Program-made: the position numbers and the translations under genes | Assembly (NCBI RefSeq): GCF_009834535.1 | Contig: NC_045697.1 | Coordinates: forward strand, 80,354,001-80,418,000 | Origin: Camelus ferus | Taxonomy: Eukaryota | DNA length: 64,000 bases | Direction of reading: 5' to 3' | Notes under the pieces: model-generated | The model's database searches: none | What the model saw: the letters and a program-made list of their open reading frames with translations, nothing else | Told to the model about the DNA's origin: nothing | Part shown: one piece after another, positions 51,665 to 64,000 of the stretch | Position numbering within the stretch: the stretch's first letter is position 1 | Layout of the letters: every line of letters starts with the position of its first letter

Positions 51665-53124
51665 AGAAGAGAGGCCTTATTTAATCCTGTTACTTAAATA
51701 TGCATAAGTATATTTAAAGATATAGAAATAAATTCAAAACCCACAGACACACATTCAAATCTTAGACACAGAAGGGGAAAAAAGACCCAAAAGTCTGAAT
51801 CTAATGAAAATGCATAATGTTAAGCAAAGTATTTGGAATAAAATTCTATTTATCATAAATATTTAAATCATCTCCTTACTAACCACTTGTTAGCTTAAGC
51901 ATGAGACAAAAAGCATTAAACTACATTCCCATGCATTCTTTTCTCCTTTCCAGCCTCCTTATTTCCATCTCTGACTTGTACTGATAGCTAACATCTAGAT
52001 TGAAACAGTCTCTTATGTCTGTAGAAGGATAACAATTTATACCAATTAGCCACATATTCCAAACGACACCATGAAAGGATGGTGTAATATCTCACATAAC
52101 TAATATGGTAATACCCAACTACAATGTAGGAGTTAAAAGTCAAAAACAATACATATATTAATGTTAAGATAATAACAAATGCCATGGGTCCATAAATTAA
52201 CCACTACCACTGGATACAGAAGAAAATGTATGGCATTTCATTCTTCTACTTTAGCTACAGTTTCTAGTCAAGGAAAAGAAAAAAAAAATCCTTTAAGTAA
52301 GATGGACATTGATTATGTACTTATGTATTGTTTACTTGATTAGGAGGTAGGATTCAAAATCAGATTAATATTTGAGAAAAACAGCACTTTCACAAAGAGT
52401 CTGAACACTGAGATCTATGACAGCATTCTAAAGCAAAAGCCCAGGAGATTATACAGGTTGAACACCTGAACCCAGAACTTGTTCTGGATCAAGATGCAGA
52501 TAAAGAGATAGAAGTTTATTGAAAGTTTACCTTATGCCCAGTCATGTGTTCAGTACTAACATATATTTCCTGCTCTAATCCTCTCAATAACCCTGTGAGA
52601 TACACATTATGTTACTCCTCCAATATTATATACTGAAAGGTGACTGCTCTGAATTACTGTTTATTACCACTGGCATACTCAAATCCCCAAAGCTATTATT
52701 TTCATTAGTTTCATTGTATTTATAAAGCAAAAGTATTTCTCCTAGACTTAGAGTTACTTCGAGAGATTTTCTGATTGCCTCTACATAAAATTGATTGTCA
52801 ATATACACTATTTTATGAAAATACTACTTATCACAAACTAGCTTATTAGGTAATTGAATTAAACCATGAGAGACCATACTTAGCACAGAACATACATTAG
52901 TAGTCAAAACACTTTTTTTTCAGAAAGCAATGTTTCTTCAGAACCAAATACACAATGAATTTTTAACTATTCCTTACAATGTAATGAAGAACGGCTCACT
53001 CACTTTTATGAGAGAGCCTCTTCTAACATGAAATGTATGTTCTAAGCATTGGTTTTTAACAGACTTAAAAGAGAAATCCCTATGCTTGCTAGAGCTTAGT
53101 GATCATACAGTCTGGGTTATGAAA

Positions 53125-54645
53125 TAAAGGGAGACATAAAATCATGTATGCAGACTGGGAGATTCAACGTTACTAGGTCCATTCTCACAAAATTAATCTG
53201 TAGGTTCAATGCCATTCAAACAAAAATCCTAGCAGGTTATTTTTATAAGAAATTGAAAAGCCATTTCTAAAAATTATATGAAAATAAGAGAATCTAGGAT
53301 AGATAAAACTAGTTTGAAAAAGAACAAAATTAGACAACATACACTATCTAATTACACTATAAACAAGACATTGTGGTATTGGCATAAAGATAGACAAATG
53401 AATCATACTAATGTCTAGAAACTGACCTGCACATATAACAGTCAATTGACTGGACAAAGGCACTAAAGCAATTCAGTGAGGAAAACAAAGTTTTTTCAAC
53501 AAAGAAGATGGAACAATGAAACAAACATGAAAAAGATGAACCTTGCCCTTTACCTCATACCATATACAAAAACAAAATTTTAAACAGATGAAAGACTGAA
53601 TTCTAAGCTAAAATAAATCTTTTAGAAGAAAACACAAGAGAAAATCTTCATGATTGTGAAGCAAGCAAAGATTTCTTAGGACACAAAGCAGTAACTATGA
53701 AAGACAAAACTGATAAATTGGACTTCCATCAATATTAAACATTCCTGCTCATCAAAAGACTGTAAGAAAATGAATAGGGAAATTACAATTTGGAAGAAGA
53801 TATTACAGTACACATAATCCATGCCTAGATTTTATAAAGAAACCCTACAAATCTGAAAAAAAAAAATAATCCAAAAAATTGTAAAGGACAAAAAAGATAA
53901 ACAAATGGCCAATAAATACATTAAAAGGTACATAATATCATTAATCACTGGAGAAATGCAAAGTAAACCTACAAAATACGACTTCACACTACTAGAAAGG
54001 CTAAAATAAAAACACTGCAATACCAAATGTTGGTATGGATGTCCAGCAACCGAAATTTTCATAGACTGTTGGTGGGAAAGTAAATAGTACAACCATTCTA
54101 GAGAACTGTTTGGCAGCTTCTTAAAAAGGTAAATATACATCTTACCTTATAATCCAGCAATTCTACTCCTAAGTATTTACACAAGAGAAATGAAAACATA
54201 TTCTTGTGCATGAATGCTCACAAAAGTTTTATTCATAAAATAGCAAAGAACTAGAGACAATTGAAATGTCCCTAAACAAGAAAATACACTGATGTGATAT
54301 ATTTATATAATGAATTACTATTCTGTGGGAATAAGAAAGATTAAGCAACAAGCAACAGCACAGATGAGTCTCCAAAATGTTACGTTGCGTGAAAGAAGCC
54401 AGACGCAAAAGACTATATGTAGTGTCATGTTTCATTCACATGAAGTCCAAGAAGAGGCAAAAATTATATATGGTGTAAGAAGCCAGAAAGTAGTTGTCGA
54501 GTTGGGAACTGATCAGAAAGGGACTTAAGAAACATTACACAGTGACAGAAATATTCTTTATTTCGTTTGAGGCAGTGGTCAAAATTCATCGAATTATATA
54601 CACTTATGATCTGTACATTTTACTATGTATAAATTGTTTCTTAAA
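53125..54645 (+). mobile_element. Old L1 (L1ME-like) ORF2 3' part + 3'UTR
   Basis: tgtggtattggcataaagatagac, cctcataccatatacaaaa, atccagcaattctactcctaagtatttac, gaaagaagccagac. Confidence 0.85.
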
Positions 54646-54669
54646 AGGTATGCTACTTTAAAAAGTAAC

Positions 54670-54920
54670 TGTGGTATGAGAGAGAACTAGGTTCAAATTT
54701 CAATTGTGCCATTTCTTCTCTGTATGACCTTAAGAAAGTTCCTTAATTTCTCATTCTCTTGGGTTCCTTATTTTTAATATGCAGATAATAAAAGCACTTA
54801 CATCCATCATAGGATTATTGTGAAGATTAAATGAGATAGTGGATTTAAAAGCACTTAATGCAGTGCATGAAATAAGAGTCAGCTCAAAAAAAACCTGCAC
54901 TGTTACTATTCATTCATTAT
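54670..54920 (+). mobile_element. MIR SINE
   Basis: ggttcaaat..tgaccttaagaaagtt..cttaat..cataggattattgtgaagattaaatgagata. Confidence 0.8.
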
Positions 54921-55169
54921 TAATCAGAGCTTTCCAAAGAACATGCCTAATACAATCATAGGTAAATGCATACACAATTTTCCACCTAAAACTCATTTCT
55001 TGCCACAGTAAGTTACAACAAAAAGCCTCTTATGGTATTGTAGTTTCGATTAAAAAACTGTGATTATTTTAAAATTGCTTTAAAATGGACAATGGAAAAA
55101 CACAGGATTGAATTTGCAGCTATAATGACTGTGGATTATAGACAAAACAAAACAAAAACCCCCAAACCT

Positions 55170-55848
55170 GCATTCAAGTCATTATCATCCCTTCCCTGTA
55201 CTATTTCAATAGCCTCTTAACTAGTCTCATAGCTTCTATTCTTGGAACTTTCCTCAATCTGCTACCTTAGGGAAGCCAGAGTGATTGTTTTATAAACACA
55301 ATTTAGATCATGTCATGCCTCTGCTTAAGTTATTTCAATGGCTAAGCAATGCTCTCAAAATAAAATCCACATTTGTTGCCACAGCCCACAAGACCCTCCA
55401 TGATGTAACTTTTTCTAAGCCATCCAACTTCGGTCAGTCCCCTCCACCCTCACAAACTGCATGTGAACTCCCACTGGCTCTTTGTGCCATTCCAGCATGC
55501 CAAATCCGGTCTCATCTCCTGGCTTTTTCACTTGCCATTCCTTATGCCTCACATGCTCCTGCCCAGCTTCTCTTCTGCCCTTAAGCCTCCACTCAAATGT
55601 CTCATCCTCAGAGAAACCTTTCCTGGCCACCCTAAGTAAAATTGGCCTTCCGGGATCAGCTTCTATTACATTAACTTGATAGCATTTACTAACTCCTGCA
55701 CACAACTTACATCCGTGTTTGTGGTCTGTCCATCTCTTACCACTAGACTATAAGCTTCATGAAGACAGAAACTCTCACTGTCACCCAGCAGCCTGTCTCT
55801 AGCAGATTGTAAGTGCTCAATACAGAGTTGTTATATTAATTAATGAAT
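55170..55848 (+). mobile_element. L2 3' fragment
   Basis: gccagagtgat..gatcatgtcatgcctctgctta..caaatgtctcatcctcagagaa..actagactataagcttcatgaag..gtgctcaata. Confidence 0.85.
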
Positions 55849-58800
55849 CCCCAAGGGTGACTATTTCTTTAACTTCTCAGTTAGTATTAATAGCAAATTC
55901 ATTTCAGCAACATATCATTGTCAACTTTTTCCGGTTCTGTTCACTTCTTATTCTCATGTCTTTTGTCTGAGGAGTAGCTTGTTCTAACCGACAAATCGAA
56001 TTAAAATTATGAGGGCAATAATGATACAAAATCTCCTGAATAATTTCATGTAAATGGCAGAAAGTACTTCCTATTTCTTAGAGATATTTCACACTAAGAT
56101 ACTCATGAGTGATACTGGCCATAAACACTATTTCATTTGCTATAGAGACTTCATCCAGCAAACTACAAACACATATTGCAGAGAAACTTTTACCTTCAAT
56201 AGGTTCATCAAGGGCCCAGCTACACAGGGACCAAAACTGTTATATTATTAACACAGCCAGGCCTATAGTTGAGATCCCTTTTGCATTCCTTTACTGGAAT
56301 TCATGGAATTCTGGGCCTTATTTATTCCTTCCCCGGGCTTTAGAAATGATTGAAAGTGTCACTATTTAAGTCACTTTCCTCATAGCAACTTTTTCTACTT
56401 GGTCGTTGATTCAACTCAATGACTTGATCCATATCTGCAGAGTGACTGCGTGACTGCACTTCTTCTAATCTTGTTTATTCTTACATCATGTGTACACACA
56501 GTATGTAAGCACCACATTTACACCTCTTGTCAACTTACATGACAGTTATACCGCTGAACTGGTAAAGTCTGATCAGAAAGTCACCCTTTTAGCACTTACT
56601 GTGGTACCACATATTTCCAATCACTGACTTAGAAAACGCAACACATATAACCCTTAGATGTTGTCATCAATTTCAATCCATTCACCAACTGATTTTTTTT
56701 CAAAAAGTGCTACAAAAAGCCAAATAGACTGCCTAGCATTTCACTTCTTCACCATAAATCTGCTCCCTCACTAGAAGAACACAGGAAAGCAAAAACATGC
56801 CATTAAAGTAAAACACAGACAATGGACAGAAAATAAAACTGAAGGTTAAGAGACCTAGAGTCAAAGACTAAGAAATTCATGACCACAGGCCATTCACTTA
56901 AATTCTGTTTATCAGCATTCCCAGGTCTTAAAGAGGGCTCACCAAACCTTCCCTAATCGTTTCTCAGACTTCATAAAGATATAAAATTATAATTATAAAA
57001 ATTATTTCAAAAAGTTTGAGTACTATCAAAATGATGACTCTGCTATGATTAATGAGTTTCTAAGGAATCAAAAATTAACAGCGTAATAGAAACAATCCCC
57101 ATAAGCACTATATAACATTACCTTCGCTAGTCAAGTCATTCCTTGCCTTTTATTCCCTAATGGTAAAAAAACAAACAAAGAAAAAAACAGTTCAAACTAT
57201 TAAAAGTAACCTAAGAAAAAGTTACTGCTCCTTATACCCCTCACTCCGACAAATTCCAGTCCCCTTTGCTAAGTTCAGAGCTCTACAGAGAAATATTACA
57301 GAGCCATAGGACACCAGAGCTGTGGTCTAATCTTAACTCTGATACTCTGTGCTGTAATGTTGGATGGGTCATTTCACTTTCTTGGGTCCAATTTCCTCAT
57401 TTTTTAAATTAGGCAACTGGACTCCAGCAGTAATGCCTACACTCTTGGGGCATCAGCACCCCCTTTCAACGTCAACACCTGCTACGACATGGCAGTGATG
57501 GCATTTTCAGTATTTTTGGTTGAGCTTTTCTGAATTCAGTAAAACTTTTAAATTAACTTGCCTTTATCAAAATAGCATTGATTCACAATGCTGTCACTGC
57601 ATGGCAGTCCACATATTTCCACGTACGTGAATCAGCATACATGAACACAAGGCCCTCTAGGAGAAGTTCAATGACAAGGGCCCTGGGCCGAAAATATAGC
57701 AACTTTTGAACTAGAAAACCTTTAAAACTCCCCCATCCTGCCCTCTGCCCAGTAATGACAGGACATGATCCTAACACAAGGGAAGGAACATAAGCTAAAT
57801 AGATATAGTATCAACATGCATAGTGGAAATTTCAGCAACACCTACAGGGTAGGTTAACAGCTTGCAGGAAATGCTCGTTCTTCTAGAGCCTCTATTTAAT
57901 ATATCCCTTTTTAAAGACTTGAAAATATTTCTTCCTATAGCAATCTGTCTTTGGCCATCTTTGAAATGTGACTTTTCACATATCATTCAAACGAAAAGAG
58001 CTCAATTTAAGTTTTCATTCATCATTATGACTCCTCCTTGAAGAGTCCATGCCTAATCATTTAAAACATAAGCACCTTGTCTATGTAGTGCGTTATAAAA
58101 AAAAAAATACATTAGGAAGTCAACTTCTACAAGAAGTGCTACACAGTACAAATGAAGAAGATGTACGAGTAATTAGTTCATCATTTCCAAATAATTTCAA
58201 ATAAACATAGGATAAAAATTAATATAAGTATGTAATGAATGTAAAATAAAAGAGCCCATGAAAGACAGATTTGCCAAGAAGTTGCCCACTGAAGAATGTG
58301 TGAGTTAGGTTTTAGAGGGAGGTATGAGGCAGACTAAGGGAGAGGAGGAGGGGGCTTCAGGTGGTGGGACTTGTACGTGAAAAGTGGCAGAGATGGACGT
58401 GAAGTCCTTGTCTGACATGGTTACTCAGCAAACCAGTGTTGAGAAAAGAATCATTTCATTAGGCTTCTGAACAATTTCAAAGGAAATCTTTGTAACTCTC
58501 CCATGTACCTGTAGTAACAGTTGCCTTATATTTATGGAAGGAGTCTCAGTCCTCAATGTCTTTTTTCCTTCATAAGCATTTTTTCTTTAGTTAATTTTAA
58601 AATGTCTAGGCATGAACACTACAAATGAAAGATCAAAGAGTAAGTAAATGCTGGTCTGATTTAAAAAACTGTTCTCAGAAGTACAAATCCTTTTTTAATT
58701 GCTAAACTGAACCATGTTTTACTTCTACTTTTTTTCAGTCACTTTTAAGTAAGTTAAAAATCCCCAAATAAAGAGAAGAAAAGGTAAGTGATCAGGCAAC

Positions 58801-60496
58801 AATCACAAATTCAAATAAAATATCCATAATGTTGCAATTACCAAAAGTTAATCTGCCACTCTACTGAAAGCCTGACTATCATTCTAAAAGAAGAGATAGA
58901 GGAAAAAGATAAGAGTTGCTCAACATGTTTTTACATAAAAGTGAAGGGTCATTTCACTTTTTAAATATAGAAATATAAGCTCTGCTGAAGCATGTAGCTT
59001 TTAAAGTATGAAATCATATAAATGGCATTTTCTTAATGAGTAAACTGTGATGCACACATCTAATTATAATGGGCCTTTTCATAAGGTGATTACTTGACAT
59101 CTGCCTTTTAAAATACATACACAGTTACTTTGTTCATGACTCAACCACTGGTAAGCCAAAGAATAGGCCAAGTATGTACAAATGAGAACAAGTTTTCATT
59201 CTGCCTTTCAACAGAACTGACAAAAAATTTTAAGGAAAAACAACTTTCAATTTTAAATATCAGAAAGATTCTCACCTGACTCCTATAATAGAATGAAAGA
59301 ACTGGAATTTTGTTTGGAATTCTCATGTTTAACAATTTGTTTTTAAATAAGGGTAATTGATGTGTTTCAGCTTTCAGCTGAGGGTATAAAAATCTTTGCA
59401 CACAAAATTCCTAAGAAACACAGAAATTCAAGAGTAATAATAAAAGCCTTATTCTAGATGTTGGTTACCAGAGTTTAGCTCAGTTGTTTAAACTTTCTTA
59501 TTTCTTTTTTCCTTAGCTCTTTCTAAAATACATTATATGGGCATGGAGAATCGTGTGGTGATTTTTACTTGCTTGAATACAGAGTTGGTAATTGGAAGGA
59601 AAGGTCATACAACCACCTACTGAAGCACAAGTAACAAATGTATAGAATATTTTACAACATGCTAATATACTACAGAATAGACTAATTAGAATATACTACA
59701 GAATAGACTAAAATAGGCTATTTAAAATTGTTCTTTTTCATTCCTATGATTATCACTTAGATTTAACCTTCTCAAAAATAATTTTCCAGGTAGATGGCAT
59801 AAATACAAGTCACTTAATGAGTATGCAAATCAAACAGTTTCAATTGTTCACTATTATCTATTGACAGTAAGAGAGTGGGAGGTCTTAGCATTAATGACAA
59901 AGCAGCTTCACCATTTCAAGAATTAGATGACAGTCTAGAAAGACTGGTTATTAAAATGACAGCACTTTCATAATCAACAAGATACAACAAATTTGAAAAG
60001 CTGATGGGAAAACAAGTTTTACTGTGAACACATTTATACTTCTCTAAATGCAATATATGCATTCATGTTAACACAAAGGGAAAACAGGAATAAAATGTGA
60101 ACACTCTACTTCCCTCCTTTAAAATGCTTCAAAAAAAGAAAAAAAAAATTTTAAAGCAATTTTACTCCTAACAGTTTTAGGGAAGTGTAAAAAACTAACA
60201 GGGAAGAAAAAAAAATCAACTAAAATGAGCCAGGATTTTTTATTCTTATATGACAAACTTCTAGGTTATAATGCATAATCATCAAATTAACAAAGTAGAC
60301 TCCTAAAATGATCCAAAAAACCTAAGAACACACACACACCTCACAAAGAAATTATCTGCCTATCAGAGAAACTGCAACACCAATAGCATACAGGAGCCTA
60401 AGGCAGAATAATACATAGGGAATATTATATTTAAAAATTCTGCCTTTAAAAAACTTGTGTGATATGCAATATATAATTTATAGACATAAATAAAGT

Positions 60497-60790
60497 GTAT
60501 GGTGCTTTACCAGTTTGCCAAGTGCTTTCATATTCAAGTATCTGACTTTCACAATAACCCTAAGAGACAACACAGAACAAGGGTTATTATTCCTGGGTTT
60601 TGGGTTTTTTTTTTTTGGTTGGGGGAGGTAATCAGGTTTGTTTGTTTGTTTGTTTATTTTGATGGCAGTACTGGGGATTGAACTTCACCAGGACCTTGTG
60701 CATGCTAGGCATGCACTCTACCACTGAGTTATAACCTCCTCCATTATTCCTGTTCTAATAACGAAGAACTGAAGCTCAGAAAGGTTAAAA
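60497..60790 (-). mobile_element. MIR split by a lineage-specific SINE
   Basis: gtgctttaccagttt..tcacaataacccta..attattcctg | SINE | ..gaactgaagctcagaaaggttaa. Confidence 0.7.
60596..60742 (-). mobile_element. tRNA-derived SINE (camelid-type), 10-bp TSD
   Basis: Minus strand ggaggaggttataactcagtggtagagtgcatgcctagcatgcacaaggtcctgg..gttcaatccccagtac (A and B boxes), A-rich tail; TSD attattcctg at 60586-60595 and 60743-60752. Confidence 0.9.
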
Positions 60791-62448
60791 TATAGCTATT
60801 GTAACTTAATAAACATTAATTTTATAAGAAACAATAAGGTAACTGACAAATTTTTAAATTGAAAATAAAACAGTTGAAAGAACGGAAAAACAAAAGGGAG
60901 ACTCAAGTAGACAAAACCAAATGACATTAAAGAAAGCATATTCATATAACTAACTACATTAGCACTATCACCTCTGCAAATGGCAACAGAACGTGAGTTC
61001 CCATAATTTTCTTCAAAATAGCTACAATTATGAATATCAAAATTAAAATGAGAAGTATCCTTTTGCACTGTTAGAGCAGACAAATTTTAAAAGACTCCAT
61101 CAACTTTATTTAACTACTCAAGAACATATAAATGGAGACTATTTGGAAAGAAGCATCTCCTCGTCTAAAACATACTCAATTAGAAGTCTTCCTGATTCAC
61201 AACTAAAATAAAAACAATTTCACCCATTAACATCCCCCTAGTTATATTAAGAGAGTATTTGAGTTTACCGCCATCTTTGAATAACAAATCTATCACTTTA
61301 AAGCAATACAGCTATGATCTGATCACTTGGTCAAACAAATCCTTTAAAAAATACAAAAACAAAAATTAAACAAAACAGACCTCAAGCAAAGAGCTTTTCA
61401 AAAAGGTTTTCTTTCCCACTCATAATTGTAATTTTACTTTGAAATATGCACATAAAATCAGATCTTCCAAGTCATCCAACTTATTCTAAAGGCTTTTTAG
61501 ATGATATTCTTCAATGCTGACATATTTTAAATATCATTTTATCTAGTATTAGACATTAAGTATACAATGAAACATATTCAACCTTAAACTCTTCATCTAG
61601 ATTAACCCCAAAAGCTAACACTGTGCATACCATGCTTCAACATATCCTAGCACTTAAAAGATACTGATTTAGAAAGGCAATTCACTGCAAAAGTTAATAA
61701 CTAGATAACCAAAGTTTGTTTCATTTTTGTTTTAAAACAAGTGAAACAAAGGAAGCCACAGGTAATACAATGGCATATACTCTCCTTTAATATTTAAATT
61801 AGTACCTGAAAAAGCTTAATGAAGTTTGCAGATACCTTGCAAAAAGTCTAGAGCATGAACAATACTCCATATAGCTGCAATGAGGTATTCAACAAACTGA
61901 AAAATTTTAACAATATTTTAGATTTGAAAATACAACAAACATTATGGCCCTTTGTTCCTATTAAAATGTATATGATAAAACTAGTCAAATGTGAAGTAAC
62001 TACAAAAGCCAAACCAAGTGCTAAAGAAAAATATATATACTGAAAAGCTAAGGGTTAAAAAGAAAGGCAAAAATATCCTTCTGGCTTCTCCTCACTTATT
62101 ATCACATTATCAAACACTACAAAAGTCAAAACGCAAATGAGAGTTTAAAATTGGCAAACCCATCATAATATCAAATATACATATTATTAAGAATGCCATT
62201 TTCCCCTCCAGGTAAATAAATGATATATACTGCAACACTTCTATTCACGTAGTAGAATATTCAAGGTAAACAGCTTACAAAGTAATAAAAAATATTTGAG
62301 GGTAAAAATGACCCCACACATTTCTATGTACAATAAAGAAATAAAAATTATAAATATATAATATGTATTCCTTCCTTTATTTGACCCAATTAGAATGTTC
62401 AACTTAATGATCATATATAGCTTTTTAGATAAACTCTTAAAAATCCCT

Positions 62449-62920
62449 ACTATTCACAATTGCCAAAAAATGGAAGTAAACTACGTGTCCAACAACAGAT
62501 GAATGGATACACAAAATGTGGTATGTACATATAACAGAATATCATTCAGCCTTAAAAAGGAAGGAAGTTGTGACACACACTACAATATGGATGAACCTTG
62601 AGGACATCATGCTAAGTATAATAAGCCAGTCACAAAAGGACAAATATGGAATGAGTTCACTTATATGAGGTATCTAGGAGTAATCAGATTCAGAGACAGA
62701 AGACAGAATGGTTGCCAGGAGCTGAGGGAGGGGAAAATGAAGAGCTATTATTTAATGGGTATAGAATTTCAGTTAGGGAAGATGAAAATATGCTGGAGAT
62801 GGATGGTGGTGATGGTTGCATGACAATGTGAATGTACTTAATGCCACTGACCTAACTGTACACTTAAAATGGTTACAATGGTGGATTTTATGTTATATAC
62901 ATTTTACCACAGTTAAAGAA
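62449..62920 (+). mobile_element. L1MB-like 3' fragment
   Basis: gatgaaccttgaggacatcatgctaag..ctggagatggatggtggtgatggttgca..tgtacttaatgccactga..attttaccaca. Confidence 0.9.
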
Positions 62921-63853
62921 GAAACTCTACTTATTACATCTATCTTTCATTCTCCTTTATGCTTTTTTTTAAGGAATAACAGCATTTCCATAATTCTTTA
63001 ATAGTTTGTGTCATCTAGTCAATAAATATCTTCAAAAGGAAGTATTTCTTTACAATAATAATTAAAATTGGAAATAGGTCCAAAATAAAACATCAAGCTC
63101 ACTAATAAATGAGAACATGCACTGAGAAAGAGGGGCAGGAAGATGGCATTTGGGTCAGTGAATCTGGGCAAGGCCTAGAACCACACAGTTGCAATGTATT
63201 ATCTCCATCTGAGAAGCCTTACCAGATGGAATATTTGCACCAAAGACCATGTGCCTTGTCAGTTCCCGCATTATTTCTCACAACTTCAAGTTAGCCTTTC
63301 AAATCACAGAAAGTTAAGCAAATCATCTAAGGTCATCTTGCTGATGCTAAGAATTAAAGTTTCTAACTTTCTATAAAAGAATTGATACATCAGTTTTTAT
63401 ATATCACAGACTCACAAGAATAAGTGACAAATTAAAGTATTTCTTTGAAAATCACTATTGTGAGGAGGAAAAATTTAGTTAGATGAATTAACAAATTAAA
63501 CTCTTATCTATGAAATCACTGTACTTTGTTTTCTGATAGTTTTCACTAAATTAGATCTGAATATACAAGATGGTCTGTACATGTTCCCTTTTAGTCCATC
63601 CTCCACAAATAATAGTTTCATGTGGCTGTTTAAATATACCTATACAAAAACCCACAAGGGAGAAAGAATGTGTGGGAAAGTTAACCAGTCTCACATTTCT
63701 AGTTAACTTACCAACCTGATTTTATTTTTTAATGAAAATAGGATATAGCACAGTAAGTAAATGCAAAATATTTTTTATGTGTTGTCATCCTATTCAGATT
63801 CTGGCAAACATACATGGTACTTTTCATAATCCTTTTTCTCCTTCTTTGGAATT

Positions 63854-63867
63854 GTGTGTGTGTGTGT
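63854..63867. repeat. (GT)n microsatellite
   Basis: gtgtgtgtgtgtgt. Confidence 0.8.
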
Positions 63868-64000
63868 ATTCACAAAAGACTACATAATGTATGATTCTAT
63901 ATACTTTCATTTAAACCCCATATGAATAAAAATATAATACTAAAATATATAATGAAAAAACATAAGATATTTACTATTTCAAATGCTAAGGCAAACTTTT

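Noticed and set aside
60660..60742. tRNA gene
   Set aside because: tRNA-like head of a SINE with tail and TSD; no cloverleaf
1..64000. Supplied six-frame ORFs as genes
   Set aside because: All are 60-129 aa with no recognisable domains except L1 ORF2 remnants; many start at non-ATG codons; expected by chance in mammalian non-coding DNA
1..64000. CRISPR array, operon or other prokaryotic system
   Set aside because: No repeat-spacer arrays or dense ORFs; repeat content is clearly mammalian

Overview
Eukaryotic (mammalian) genomic DNA: AT-rich, CpG-depleted, with no recognisable protein-coding exon, RNA gene, CpG island or CRISPR. A tRNA-derived SINE (60596-60742) and a young L1 3' end (3488-4736) resemble camelid (alpaca/llama/camel) lineage repeats as I recall them. 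The rest is old mammalian repeat debris (MIR, L2, CR1/L3, L1M families, hAT and Tigger MITEs, ERVL/Gypsy-like LTRs) separated by unique sequence with enhancer-like motif clusters. The larger L1 copies all lie on the + strand and long A-tracts outnumber T-tracts on +, which suggests a large intron of a minus-strand gene (inference; host gene not identified). Supplied ORFs are either decayed L1 ORF2 pieces or chance ORFs. I found no demonstrable new biological system. The best leads are a CpG-retaining unique block at ~40450-40760 (motif cluster plus candidate exons on both strands), a possible ancient RTE-clade reverse-transcriptase relic at ~20610-20705, several candidate cryptic minus-strand exons and some strong TF sites. 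Repeat names are from recall of consensus sequences, not a search; boundaries are approximate unless a TSD/TIR is given.
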